Assembly (NCBI RefSeq): GCF_009914755.1
Contig: NC_060936.1
From: the human T2T-CHM13v2.0 reference genome, Homo sapiens
DNA: 64,000 nt
Reading direction: 5' to 3' (one strand)
The notes beneath the pieces were generated by a model. The model searched no databases. It had not been told where the DNA came from and saw only the letters and a list, made by a program, of their open reading frames with translations. The position numbers and the translations under genes were made by a program. Below, piece after piece: positions 39,201-56,590 of this stretch (the stretch's first letter is position 1; each line of letters starts with the position of its first letter).

Positions 39201-39958
39201 TTTTGTGTAGGTTGTTATATAAGGGTCCGATTTTATTATTTTGCATGTGGAAATCTAGTTCTCTCAGCATCCTTTATTGAAGAGACTGTCTGTTCACTGC
39301 TGTATCCCTTGGTGTTCTTGTCAAAAATTAGTTGACCATATATGTTTGCATTTATTTCTGGGTTCTCTATTGTGTTCCATTGTCCTATGTTTATTCTAGT
39401 ACCAGGCTGCTCTGATTACTATAACTTTGTAACATAATTTTCAATCAGAAAGTGTGATACCTCCAAGTTTCTTTTTTTCTCAGTATTGTTTTAACTATTT
39501 GGAGTTTTTTAGGTTTCATACAAATTTTAGGACTTTTATTTCTATTTCCATAAAGAATGCCATTGGATTTTTGATAGGGATTTATGTAGTATGGCAGTAT
39601 TTATAATATGAATTCTTCCCATCTATGAACATGGGACAGCTTTTCATTTTTTTATTCTTCAATTTTTTTTACTAATGTTTTTTTTTTTTTTTTTTTTCTG
39701 GTACTAATTACTTTTCTTTTTTTTTTTTTAATTAATTAATTAATTTATTTTTTATTATACTCTAAGTTTTAGGGTACATGTGCACATTGTGCAGGTTAGT
39801 TACATATGTATACATGTGCCATGCTGGTGCGCTGCACCCACTAACGTGTCATCTAGCATTAGGTATATCTCCCAATGCTATCCCTCCCCCCTCCCCCCAC
39901 CCCACCACAGTCCCCAGAGTGTGATATTCCCCTTCCTGTGTCCATGTGATCTCATTGT

Positions 39959-43785
<3,827 letters not shown>

Positions 43786-43848
43786 TATGATGTTAACTGG
43801 TGATTTTGCTCATTAGTTGATGCAGTTTCTTCCTAGTCTCGATGGTCT

Positions 43849-44865
43849 TTACATTTTGGCATGACTTTGCAGCGGCTGGTACCGGTTGTTCCTTTCCATG
43901 TTTAGCGCTTCCTTCAGGAGCTCTTTTAGGGCAGGCCTGGTGGTGACAAAATCTCTCAGCATTTGCTTGTCTATAAAGTATTTTATTTCTCCTTCACTTA
44001 TGAAGCTTAGTTTGGCTGGATATGAAATTCTGGGTTGAAAATTCTTTTCTTTAAGAATGTTGAATATTGGCCCCCACTCTCTTCTGGCTTGTAGGGTTTC
44101 TGCCGAGAGATCCGCTGTTAGTCTGATGGGCTTTCCTTTGAGGGTAACCCGACCTTTCTCTCTGGCTGCCCTTAACATTTTTTCCTTCATTTCAACTTTG
44201 GTGAATCTGACAATTATGTGTCTTGGAGTTGCTCTTCTCGAGGAGTATCTTTGTGGCGTTCTCTGTATTTCCTGAATCTGAACGTTGGCCTGCCTTGCTA
44301 GATTGGGGAAGTTCTCCTGGATAATATCCTGCAGAGTGTTTTCCAACTTGGTTCCATTCTCCACATCACTTTCAGGTACACCAATCAGACGTAGATTTGG
44401 TGTTTTCACATAGTCCCATATTTCTCGGAGGCTTTTCTCATTTCTTTTTATTCTTTTTTCTCTAAACTTCCCTTCTCGCTTCATTTCATTCATTTCATCT
44501 TCCATTGCTGATACCCTTTCTTCCAGTTGATCGCATCGGCTCCTGAGGCTTCTGCATTCTTCACGTAGTTCTCGAGCCTTGGTTTTCAGCTCCATCAGCT
44601 CCTTTAAGCACTTCTCTGTATTGGTTATTCTAGTTATACATTCTTCTAAATTTTTTTCAAAGTTTTCAACTTCTTTGCCTTTGGTTTGAATGTCCTCCCG
44701 TAGCTCAGAGTAATTTGATCGTCTGAAGCCTTCTTCTCTCAGCTCGTCAAAATCATTCTCCATCCAGCTTTGTTCTGTTGCTGGTGAGGAACTGCGTTCC
44801 TTTGGAGGAGGAGAGGCGCTCTGCGTTTTAGAGTTTCCAGTTTTTCTGTTCTGTTTTTTCCCCAT
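43849..44865 (-). CDS. L1 ORF1: L1 ORF1p RNA-binding chaperone, full 338 aa
   Basis: MGKKQNRKTGNSK...HAKM; REKG, ARR and YPAKLS motifs intact. Confidence 0.97.
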   Translation of the reverse strand: MGKKQNRKTGNSKTQSASPPPKERSSSPATEQSWMENDFDELREEGFRRSNYSELREDIQTKGKEVENFEKNLEECITRITNTEKCLKELMELKTKARELREECRSLRSRCDQLEERVSAMEDEMNEMKREGKFREKRIKRNEKSLREIWDYVKTPNLRLIGVPESDVENGTKLENTLQDIIQENFPNLARQANVQIQEIQRTPQRYSSRRATPRHIIVRFTKVEMKEKMLRAAREKGRVTLKGKPIRLTADLSAETLQARREWGPIFNILKEKNFQPRISYPAKLSFISEGEIKYFIDKQMLRDFVTTRPALKELLKEALNMERNNRYQPLQSHAKM

Positions 44866-45305
44866 CTTTGTGGTTTTATCTACTTTTGGTATTTGATGAT
44901 GGTGATGTACAGATGGGTTTTCGGTGTAGATGTCCTTTCTGGTTGTTAGTTTTCCTTCTAACAGACAGGACCCTCAGCTGCAGGTCTGTTGGAATACCCT
45001 GCCGTGTGAGGTGTCAGTGTGCCCGTGCTTGGGGGTGCCTCCCAGTTAGGCTGCTCGGGGGTCAGGGGTCAGGGACCCACTTGAGGAGGCAGTCTGCCCG
45101 TTCTCAGATCTCCAGCTGCGTGCTGGGAGAACCACTGCTCTCTTCAAAGCTGTCAGACAGGGACACTTAAGTCTGCAGAGGTTACTGCTGTCTTTTTGTT
45201 TGTCTGTGCCCTGCCCCCAGAGGCAGGCAGGCCTCCTTGAGCTGTGGTGGGCTCCACCCAGTTCGAGCTTCCTGGCTGCTTTGTTTACCTAAGCAAGCCT
45301 GGGCA

Positions 45306-45521
45306 ATGGCGGGCGCCCCTCCCCCAGCCTGGTTGCCGCCTTGCAGTTTGATCTCAGACTGCTGTGCTAGCAATCAGCGAGATTCCGTGGGCGTACGACC
45401 CTCTGAGCCAGGTGTGGGATATAGTCTCGTGGTGCGCCGTTTCTTAAGCCGGTCTGAAAAGCGCAATATTCGGGTGGGAGTGACCCGATTTTCCAGGTGC
45501 GTCCGTCACCCCTTTCTTTGA
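45306..45521 (+). CDS. ORF0: L1 antisense ORF0, 71 aa
   Basis: ATG at 45306, MAGAPPPA...RCVRHPFL, in the L1 5' UTR. Confidence 0.85.
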   Translation: MAGAPPPAWLPPCSLISDCCASNQRDSVGVRPSEPGVGYSLVVRRFLSRSEKRNIRVGVTRFSRCVRHPFL

Positions 45522-45978
45522 CTCGGAAAGGGAACTCCCTGACCCCTTGCGCTTCCCAGGTGAGGCAATGCCTCGCCCTGCTTCGGCTCGCGCATGGTGC
45601 GCACACACACTGGCCTGCGCCCACTGTCTGGCACTCCCAAGTGAGATGAACCCGGTACCTCAGATGGAAATGCAGAAATCACCCGTCTTCTGCGTCGCTC
45701 AGGCTGGGAGCTGTAGACCGGAGCTGTTCCTATTTGGCCATCTTGGCTCCTCCCCCCTGTTTTATAGTTTTCAACTATACAATCTTTCACCTCCTTGGTT
45801 AAATTTATTTCTAGGTATAATTTTTTGATGATATTATAAATGAGATTATTTTCTTAATTTCTTTTTCTGCTAAGTTGCTATCCTTGTATTAAAAATGCTA
45901 CTGATTTTCATATGTTGATTTTTGTATCATGCAATTTTACTGAATTCATTATGATCTCCAAAATTCTTCAAACTTTAG

Positions 45979-46323
<345 letters not shown>

Positions 46324-49009
46324 GGCATGCTTATAACTTTTAACATTTCAGTTTTTGTTACATGGATTTCCCTTCATATTATTACTCCCAGCCCCACAAA
46401 TTTTGAGGCTGGCCTGATTGAGAACAGAGAACCTGTCTAATCCTGGACTTTAGGGAAGTCTACTTGATGGTGTGACATTTAACTAAAAACTAAAAGGTGG
46501 GATGATATAAATTAGTAGAGAAAGAAAGAGTTAGATGTTGTAGGTAGAGGAAACAGCATATGAGAAGCTTTTATGTAAGAAGTGCAGCACATTGTACAGG
46601 ACAGAAATTAAGTATATAGTTAGATTTCATAGGAACTTGTGGGTCCTATTAAGGATTTTTATTAATTGAGAGGAGCAATGAGAAATCTTTGAAGAATACT
46701 AAGGAAGAAAGCAGTATATTTAAACATGTGTTTTAAGAAGATGTTTAAAAAAAGAGTGAGGAAAAACTTAGGAGAAGGCATGCTAGACATATAGGAAAAA
46801 GATAACTTAAACACAGGTGTGGAGATGTTAAAGATACTTTCCTGTCAGTTTCAGCCCTTTTTGGGTCTCTCACCTTTCTAGAGGAGTGGCCAAGCCTTCT
46901 GTAAAGTTTCTTTTCCATTAACTGTTTAAGGTTTGTTATGATTCTCAAACAGCTGTATGGATGGAAGAAAATTTCAAAGTCACAAATTAGTGCCAACTGA
47001 TTGAGGTGATTGAATTTCTTCTTAGTTCTCCTGATAGTTATAAAAATTTGGGACTATACAAATGTGTGTTTTACTCAATGATGGCTTGAGGTATGTTGAT
47101 GTGAGAAATTTCTAACATTTTTTCAGTAGTATTACTGCTTTTGTAATACATGCTACTAATATGACTAGCAATACTAGAAGAGTGCTTTTCAAGTTTTGCA
47201 GCTGTGAAGAGAGAAATTTATATTCTAGTTAAACTAAAATAGTTTAGCTGTCTAGCTGATGGATGATGGCCAAAAAAATATATGTGTACCAGTCTATGGG
47301 TAATAACAAAATATATTCAACAGAATTTGATTACAGTGAAAGTATTTATCAATTGATCAACTTGTGGTTTGTAATGTTCCCTAATTCTAAGCCATGCAAC
47401 CGTACATTCACACTTCTCAGGTACAGCTACCAACTGTCCTTTGATATCCAAGATATCTGCTAGGATGGTGCCACTCCTTGTTATTGAAATTTAAGGTCAG
47501 GTTTGAAGATTTGATGTATTTTGAATTTATATTGATGTAATGCAAAGTTAGGAATAATGATTTATAATTTGCCCCATGATCAGCAAGTTCTCCCATGTCA
47601 TTTGTTACCTCTTCATCCCACATTGAAATTAATCCCATCATAAATTAAAATCACACTTTTTAGTTTATATCTGGAACCTATTCTGCTTGATGGATTTATT
47701 ATCTTTCTAATTATTTCTAGACCAAAAGATTTTGATTAACATAGATTCAAAATATGAATAAATTATCTGGTAAGATTTATCTCCCTGGTTCTGTACACTT
47801 CTCATTTTATGATGTTCCTACTGATTTCATATGTTTAATGTTCAAATATAACCTAATATATTTTTGTCAAATTAAAAATCCTTTTAGTAACTGGGATGAA
47901 ATTCTATTCAATTTATAGATAAATTCAAGTAGAACTGACCTTTTTTAATATTCAATTATCTTTTTCAAAAATGTAGTACCTGAATTTTCTTGTATTGTTC
48001 CCATTTGCTAGCATTGTTTTATTAAGGGATTTTCTTTCTATAAAGGTTTTACCAGGGTTAGATCCAAACTTGGAAATATATAATTAGGTATGAAAGTGGA
48101 TATACAATTAGAGTCAACAAAATAAATCAGAACAAATCTCATGCTCCAAAGGCAGAAAAACATCATATGCATCACAAAATTCAGAAATATAATGTAACAT
48201 TCTTTAAATTAACTAATTAAAAAAATTAATTAACATATTTAGATAATAAGCTTATCCTAAAATTTTGGCTAAATATCATTTGATTACTTATTTGTATGAT
48301 GACAATTTTGTAATATTTTCTTTAGAGTGAAGAATATATTAATCCATCTTTCCTAGCATAGTTAATCTAAAGTAGTCTTTTTTTAATGGTTGATAGTTTC
48401 AGCCAGAAATACATATGGACCAATTGCTTTTCTTACAATTTTACAAGTTTAATGATTGGGAGAAATTTCCATAGACTAGCTATTGGCCCCACACATGTCA
48501 AATCTTGTTTCTCCTCAACTAAACCACACTTCCAGGACTAAGTGCCATAAGTAACATTTATATTATGATACAACATCACATCTGTACCTTTATGTCTTAA
48601 CAATAGATGAAATACCACATTAGTGTAGGGATTTTTCTGGAAGCCATTCTTACACCAGAATGACTAGCAATAACTTAACTACACAGGAAAATAGCTGCAG
48701 TTCATGTAAGTAGATACAATAAATCCAAACATTATGTGCCTCCAAGTTTATTCTCCAGATTCTAAAATGCTCATGCCCATTCTAATGTATCAGAAGAGAC
48801 AGAGTGGTGAAAACCAAGTACAATTTACCATTGAGATACTGTACACAACCAATTGAGTTAAAATCTTATTTTTAAAAATTTTTACAAAAGTAAATATCCA
48901 TGTGAATATACTACTGAAGTCTTTCCTAAAACTCTGAAGTGAACTCATACAAGTGAGGACACTGAAGTTTAAGTTCCATTACCTTCACAGTAAACTTGCC
49001 TCTAGGTAT

Positions 49010-51698
49010 TATGTTTTGGACTGAATGTTTGTGTCTTCCTAAGATTCACATGTTGAAATACTAACCCCTAATTTTATGGTATTTGGAGGTGGGAACTTTG
49101 AGAGGTAATTAGGTTTAGATGAGGTCACAAGGAGGGGACCCTCATGATGGGATTCATAGTCTTATAAAAAGAGGAGGGAACATGGGCAACTCTCTCTTGC
49201 TCTCCCTTTCTCTCTCTTTGCATGTATGCATCAAAGAAAGTCATGTGAGGACATAACCAGAGAGAGGGCCCTCACCAAGAACATAACTGATGTGGTTTGG
49301 CTATGTCCCTACCCAAATCTCATCTTGAATTGTAACTCCCACAATTCCTATGTGTTGTGGAAGGAATGTGGTGGGAGGTGATTGAATTGTGGGGGTGGGT
49401 CTTGTGATAGTGAATGAGTTTCATGAGATCTGATCATTTTAAAAATGGGAGTTTCCCTGCACAACCTCTCTTTGCCTGTTGCCATCCATGTAAGATGTGA
49501 CTTGCCCCTCTGCGCCTTCCACCATGATTGTGAGGCTTCCCCAGCCACATGGCACTGTAAGTCCATGAAACCTCTTTCTTTTGCAAATTGCCCAGTCTCA
49601 GGTATGTCTTTATCAGCAGTATGAAAAATGGATTAATACAGTAAATTGGTACCAGTAGAGTGGGGTGCTGCTGTAGATACCTGAAAATGTGGAAACAACT
49701 TTGGAACTGGGTAACAGGAAAGGGTTTGAACAGTTTGGAAGGCTCAGAAGAAGACAGGAAAATGTGGGAAAGTTTGAAACTTCCTAGAGACTTGTTGAAT
49801 GGCTTTGCTCAAAATGCTGATAGTGATATGGACAATAACTTCCAGGCTGTGGTGGTATCAGATGGAGATGAGGAACTTGTTGGGAACTGGAGCAAAGGTG
49901 ACTCTTGTTATGTTTCAGTAAAGAGATTGGTGGCATTTTGCCTCTGCTCTAGAGATTTGTGGAACTTTGAACTTGAGAAAGATGATTTAGGGTATGTGGT
50001 AGAATAAATTTCTAAGCAGCAAAGCATTCAAGAGGTGACTTGGGTGCTGTTAAAGGAATTCAGCTTTAAAAGGGAAGCAGAGCATTAAAATCTCAGAAAA
50101 TTTGCAGCCTGACAATGCAATAATAAAGAAAATTCCATTTTCTGAGAAAAATTCAAGCTGGCTCCAGAAATTTGCATAAGTAATGAGGAGACAAATGTTA
50201 ATGCCCAAGACTATAGAGAAAATGTCTCCAGGGCACGTCAGAGACCTTACTGGCAGCCCTTCTCATTACATGTCTAGAGCCTTAGGAGGAAAAAGTGGTT
50301 TCATGAGCCAGGCCCAGGGTCCTAGCACTGTGTGCAGCCTAGGGACTTGGTGCCCTGCATCCCAGCCACTCTAGCCATAGCTGAAAGGCACCAATGTAGA
50401 GCTCAGGCCATGGCTTCAAAGGGTGCAAGCCCCAAGCCTTGGAAGATTTCACTTGGTGTTGAGCCTGTGAGTGCACAGAAGTGAAGAATTCGGGTTTGGG
50501 AACCTCTGCCTGGATTTCAGAGGATATACAGAAATGCCTGGATGTCTAGGAATAAGTTTGCTGCAGGGGCTGGCCCCTCATGGAGAACATCTGCTAGGGC
50601 GTGCAGAAGGGAAATGTGGGGTTGGAGCCTCCACACACAGTCCCTACTGAGGCACTGCCTAGTGGAGCTATGAGAAGAGGATCATCGTCCTCCAGACCCA
50701 AGAATGGTAGATCTACTGACAGCTTGCACTGTGCACCTGGAGAAGCCCAGACACTCAACGCCAGCCCGTGACAGCAGCCAGGAGAAAGGCTGTACCCTGC
50801 AAAGCCATAGGGGCGGATGTACCTCAGATCATGGGCACTCATCTCTTGCATCAGTGTGACCCTGATGTAAGACTTGGAGTGAAAGGAGATCATTTTGGAG
50901 CTTCAAGATTTGACTGCCCTGCTGGACTTCAGACTTGCATGGGGCCTGTAGCCCCTTTGTTTTGGCCAATTTCCCCTATTTGGAACAGCTGTATTTACTC
51001 AATGCCTGCACCACCATTGTATCTAGGAAGTAGCTAACTTGCTTTTGATTTTACAGGCTCACAGGTAGAATTGACTTGCTGGGTCTCAGATGAGATATTG
51101 GACTGTGGATTTTTGAGTTAATGTTAAAATGAGTTAAGACTTTGGGGGGCGGTTGGGAAGGCGTGATTTGTTTTGAAATGTGAGGATATGAGATTTGGGA
51201 GGGGCTGGGGCAGAATGATATGGTTTGGCTGTGTCCCCACGCAAATCTCATCTTGAATTGTAACTCCCACAGTTCTCATGTATCGTGGGAGGAACCTGGT
51301 GGGAGGTGATTGAATCATGGGGTGGGTCTTCCTGCACTGTTCTCATGATAGTGAATGAGTCTCACAAGATGTTCCATAATTTTAAAAATGGGAGTTTCCC
51401 TGCACAAGCTCTTTTGCCTGCTGCCATCCATATAAGATATGACTTGCCCTTCCTTGCCTTTCACCATGATTGTGAGGCTTCCCCAGCCACGTGGAACTGT
51501 AAGTCCATTAAACCTTTCTTTTGTAAATTGCCCCATCTTGGGTATGTCTTGATCAGCAGCATGAAAGCAGACTAATACAATAACCATGTTGGAATCTTGA
51601 TCTCAGATTGTCAGCCTCCAGAGCTGTGAGAAATAAATTGTTGTTTAAGCCACCCTCTCTGTGATATTCTGTTATAGCAGCCTAAACTGTTAGAGACA
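49010..51698 (+). mobile_element. MLT1A-like solo LTR split by THE1
   Basis: ggactgaatgtttgtgtc..gccctcaccaaga; resumes at 51585 through ttatagcagcc..agaca. Confidence 0.85.
49288..51579 (+). mobile_element. Full-length THE1 (B/C-like): 5' LTR 49288-49640, internal 49641-51215, 3' LTR 51216-51579
   Basis: tgat(g/a)tggtttggct...taataca LTR pair; perfect TSD ATAAC at 49283-49287 and 51580-51584. Confidence 0.95.
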
Positions 51699-52769
51699 TC
51701 TTGCATAATTATTTTAAGCATCTTATCTTTTAGTTTAAATCCTGTGTATGAATGTACATATAGCCATTTAAATTAATATTGTAAGACACCATCCTACTCC
51801 TATATTGTCTATAATAATAAAAGATATGATAAAATCCCATTCTTTGGATAGTTCTCACTTGGTAGTGGTATGTCTATTACTATTATAGACAATACAGGAG
51901 TGGTATGTTCAGTGGTATGTTCTATCCCTTCATAGTAGTTGTTTCTACCCTTCTTCGCTTCTATGTAGCCATTAAGTTTTCACCAGATATTTCATAGTAC
52001 GCTGGTTGGAAGGGAAGGGCAGTTTCACCTGAACTTTTGTGGTCTCTTCATTTTAGCATTTCTCTTATGTTCCACAAAGTCTCTATTACTGGGGTAATTA
52101 GCACTGTATAATTATGATTATTCTGCTTTTTCTTTCTGTTTTTCTCCCAATATGCACAGAGATAAATGGTAAAAAAACTAAAGTTATCTCTCCCTTCTCT
52201 GACAAGTTTGGTAGAATAGGGAAGTTTCACTTTAGTAAATTTTCCCAGTACTCCCCCAACACTCCAGGATGCCTCTAAAACTGCTAAGTCTGCTTCTTTC
52301 CAAATTGAGAGTTATACTGAGAACTGTTAGTGCCCTGCCTGGACCTCTTTGGATTATTTTTGTAGCTCTCTGAATCTACCCTCAGCTTTTTTGTGCTTTG
52401 CTTCTAATGGCTTTGTAAAGAGTATGTTTGTTTGTTTTTCCGCAAAACTCACAGAATCATTAGTTATCTTTTGGGAAAGACCAAAAGCTTCAAACCTAGA
52501 ATAAAGTAACCCCTCCTTTTTTATTGCTAAACACAAAACCAGGGAATGTATTTTCAGACTTGCTTAGTTTTAGGCTTTTTGAAAATTGATAGTGAAATAT
52601 TTGCCTTGTCCCACATATTGTTGTTTTTATGTTTTTCTATGTCTGTGACCAACATAAATGTCAGAAATATATAAAATGTATGTAATGGCCAGGGGCAGAA
52701 ACAGTTTTGCAGACTTAATTTTATTCTATTATAGTCTGGAAAGTTTTTCGCTTTTCTGTTTTCTGGTGT

Positions 52770-53163
52770 CCTTACTTAGGGAATATTAATAGATTAGAAG
52801 AGTAACTTTGTGGATTCCAGAGGATGGAAGTAGTAAAATGTTTATTTCCTTGAGGCAGCTTCATAGCCAGTGACTGACCTATACAGGAGTATGAATGACC
52901 AACTTTATTGACTCACAGGTGGCAAACTAAGGTGTAATTTCCTCAAATTAATTCCTCAAACTGAGGTATAAACTCCAGGATTCCCCTTGTAGGTTAGCCT
53001 GGTAATTGAAAGTGGAATAATCTACAATCACACCCTTGCTTGGTTTTTCCTTCACTGTCCTCCTCCACTCTCTTACTGGCTTATCCTGAGAGCACCTTTT
53101 TAATAAAACACTTGTACATCAATCCCCACCTCATAGTTTGCTTTGAGATAACTTAAACTAAGA
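52770..53163 (+). mobile_element. LTR16-like ERVL solo LTR
   Basis: 3' end gagcacc..taataaaacacttgtacatcaatccccacctca..ttgcttt..aaactaaga; start is approximate. Confidence 0.6.
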
Positions 53164-53298
53164 TGGTGTATTATTGAAAACTTTACCAGCATTCTAACCT
53201 TGATCAACCACAAAATTTACTCTTGTTTTCCACGGCTGCTGTTTTCCAAAGGTTTTGTCCTGGGGTTGTATCTGTTTCCTAGTCTGTTGTAATGGGCA

Positions 53299-53333
53299 AC
53301 ACACACACACACACACACACACACTCTCACACT
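53299..53333. repeat. (CA)n microsatellite
   Basis: ACAC run. Confidence 0.9.
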
Positions 53334-53563
53334 CATATGCACCCAAAACAACTACTCTGAAATCAGGATGAAAAAGCTGGATATTCAGGCATAGATTATC
53401 TCTGATTAGTCCTATTCTCAACTTAATTTTGAGTTCAGTGTCTGGAATATTTTGAAGGTTTGGAAATTTTAGATAATCAATTAATATAATATTTTTATAT
53501 TATTAATTATGAGAATCCAAATATAGTTACTAAGGGAGAACAGTCTCTATTTATTTTTTTATT

Positions 53564-53640
53564 ATATCTATGTATCTGTATCTATCTATCTAGCTAGCTA
53601 GCTGTCTATCTTTCTTTCTATCTACTTGTCATCTATCTAT
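53564..53640. repeat. Degenerate (TATC)n tetranucleotide repeat
   Basis: tatctatgtatctgtatctatctatctagctagc... Confidence 0.75.
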
Positions 53641-54714
53641 TGCAGAAAGGCAGATAGCTTATATAATGTAGCCATCTCAAGTCATAGAATCAAAGGACTA
53701 ATTGGCCTATGGACATTTTATTTTTCTCATTCTTTAAAGCTACTAATTGAGAAGTCAATAATATCACCAACAGCGGCCTTGGTTCAGTAGTTTATGTAGC
53801 TGAGATTGATAGCACGGTCAACTATGCTGTTATCAGCCTGAAAAGCCCAAAAGCAATCAGCTATATACCATGTGCAGAAATTTACTCTGTGACATATATA
53901 CTTTTAACCTTTTTTAAAAAACAACTCTCATATTTCAGTATTTTCTAAAGTGAGTGATAAATGACAAGTGGAAAAAGAAGTTCAAAGAAAGTGTGTTTAA
54001 GAAAAACATTTGAAGTGCACTTTAGTAGTCACAACTAGAAAAACCATAGTTTTTTATCTACTATTCACATAAAAAATATGCTAGGTGATGCAAAGTCGGA
54101 GAAGGTATAATACAAATGCTGATCATTTATTCTCAGGAGGAACTTGAACTCTAGTTGAGTGGTTCCTGATCTTTTTTCCCCTCCTCTCTGATACCTATCT
54201 TCAGATGAGTCACATTTAATAAGCAGACTTACAGTTTGATTCTCTAAGTCATTTTTCCTCAAATTACTTAATCCATATAGTTTTAATAAACATGAAAATA
54301 TTGCTTCCAAATTGTTGATATGCTTTGCCTTTCAATCTGCTCTATAATGTTATAGAAAATAACTGCTCCATTATAGTTTTTCCAGACTTATTTGTCATTT
54401 TTACCAAAATCTTTCCATCAAACTAAAAAATGTAAATATTGTTCTATCTGCAGAAAAAAATCCAATGCTTGTTTTATCATAAAGAGGACAATTGATAATT
54501 CTTGCCAATTTTATATTGAACATATTAAGAATTAATATAGTAGAGTTGACTATATATTTTCTTGCTTTTGACAGAACACTTTTTATTGTAAGAAATTGTG
54601 TAAAGTTAATATTATAAAACTAAATTTAAAATTCTAAATGTGAAGAAAAATCTACTGAGGAATAATAGCATTGCTAACACATTAACTGTAGCATTCTAGA
54701 AAAAATAATTGGGC

Positions 54715-55390
54715 CAATTGTTCAACATCATTAATCATTAGAGAAATACAAAAAAAATCCATAATTAAATACTACTATACACCTAATAAAATACCTAAAA
54801 TTTAAAATACTATTATTACCAAATATTGGCAAGAATATGGACAACAGGAACTTCGTACATTTCTTAGCCCACTGTTAAATGGTAAAACCGCTATGTAAAA
54901 CTGACTGGCAGTATCATACAGTGTCAAACATTACCTATTTTTATGACTTAGCAATTCCATTCCTAAGTATTTTCACAAGACAGATAAAATATTTGTTCAT
55001 AAAAAGTTTTTTCCAATAATGTACTTAGAAGCCTTACTCAAAACAGCTCCAAATTGAAAACAACTTAAATCAACAGGAAAATTAGAAACATTGGTAAATA
55101 GACAAAACTACTAATATTAACACAATATACAACAATAAACATGAGAGAAAGAAGACAGATAAAAAACATACACTCTGGATGATTCTATTTGTATGAAATT
55201 CTAGAATAACCACAATAATCAGAAAAATGTTGCCTCAAGGATGGTATTGACTTGAAGCAGTCATTGAAAAACCTTCAGGGAGGATGGAAATATCTTGAGC
55301 CATATAGTTTACATCTGTCAAAACTTATAAAACTGTACACTTAAAATCTTAGCTTTTAAATGTATGCAAAATACACCTGAATTTAGAAAA
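54715..55390 (+). mobile_element. L1ME-like 3' remnant
   Basis: ttcaacatcattaatcattagagaaataca; tatgacttagcaattccattccta; aactgtacacttaaaa. Confidence 0.7.
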
Positions 55391-55453
55391 ACAATGGAGA
55401 TTTTTAAAAAGAAGACAGAAAACTGAAAGAACTATGTCCAGAAGCTATGCTAG

Positions 55454-55932
<479 letters not shown>

Positions 55933-56394
55933 TCTATTTTTCTAATATATAAAGATATCATAAATCAGAGGCATTGATTTATTTGACCAACTTCTATAGC
56001 AAAATAATGAGAGTAATTATTCAATCTGAATTACGATTTTTAAAGCTGTTGCCTTTTCCATTTTAATAGTGGATTAGCTAATTAAGTATTGTATTAATGT
56101 AAAATTGTGAACAGATTAAAAAGAATATGGAAGACATTGTGAAAGACTTAGAAAATTCAGAATAAACACAAAAATAAGATAAGCCAAAAACTAGTACTGA
56201 AAAAATGAAAAATAATTAACAGAAAAATATTATTAAAGGAAGGAAATTTACTGTTCATTGTGAGAGATTTAAAATATAAAGAATTAAAATTTATAACATT
56301 AAATGAAACGAATTATACTAGAGAACACCAGAGAAAAGATACGAAAAGGAAAAAAAAAAAACAGAGCAACGTGATCAAATAGATTGTGCACAGC

Positions 56395-56590
56395 AGTCTC
56401 AGGACAAGCTGCAACTCGCTCTCACTATGATTTTTGGTAAGCTGTTTAACCTCTGCCTTATTTTTCCCACATGTAAAAAGTAGAAATTCTAATAATGACT
56501 TTCTTTACAATATTATGGGGAAGTTTAATTAGGTAATGTTCTCTAGGAGCTTTGAAGATTAAAAGCCTTAAATGAGTGCTAAGTATAAAA
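56395..56590 (+). mobile_element. MIR remnant
   Basis: ggtaagctgtttaacctctgcctta..ttcccacatgtaaaa core. Confidence 0.6.

Noticed and set aside
45250-45757. CpG-rich island as a host gene promoter
   Set aside because: It is the L1HS internal promoter.
48050-49005. Possible old DNA-transposon relic
   Set aside because: I could not identify convincing termini or a family by eye.
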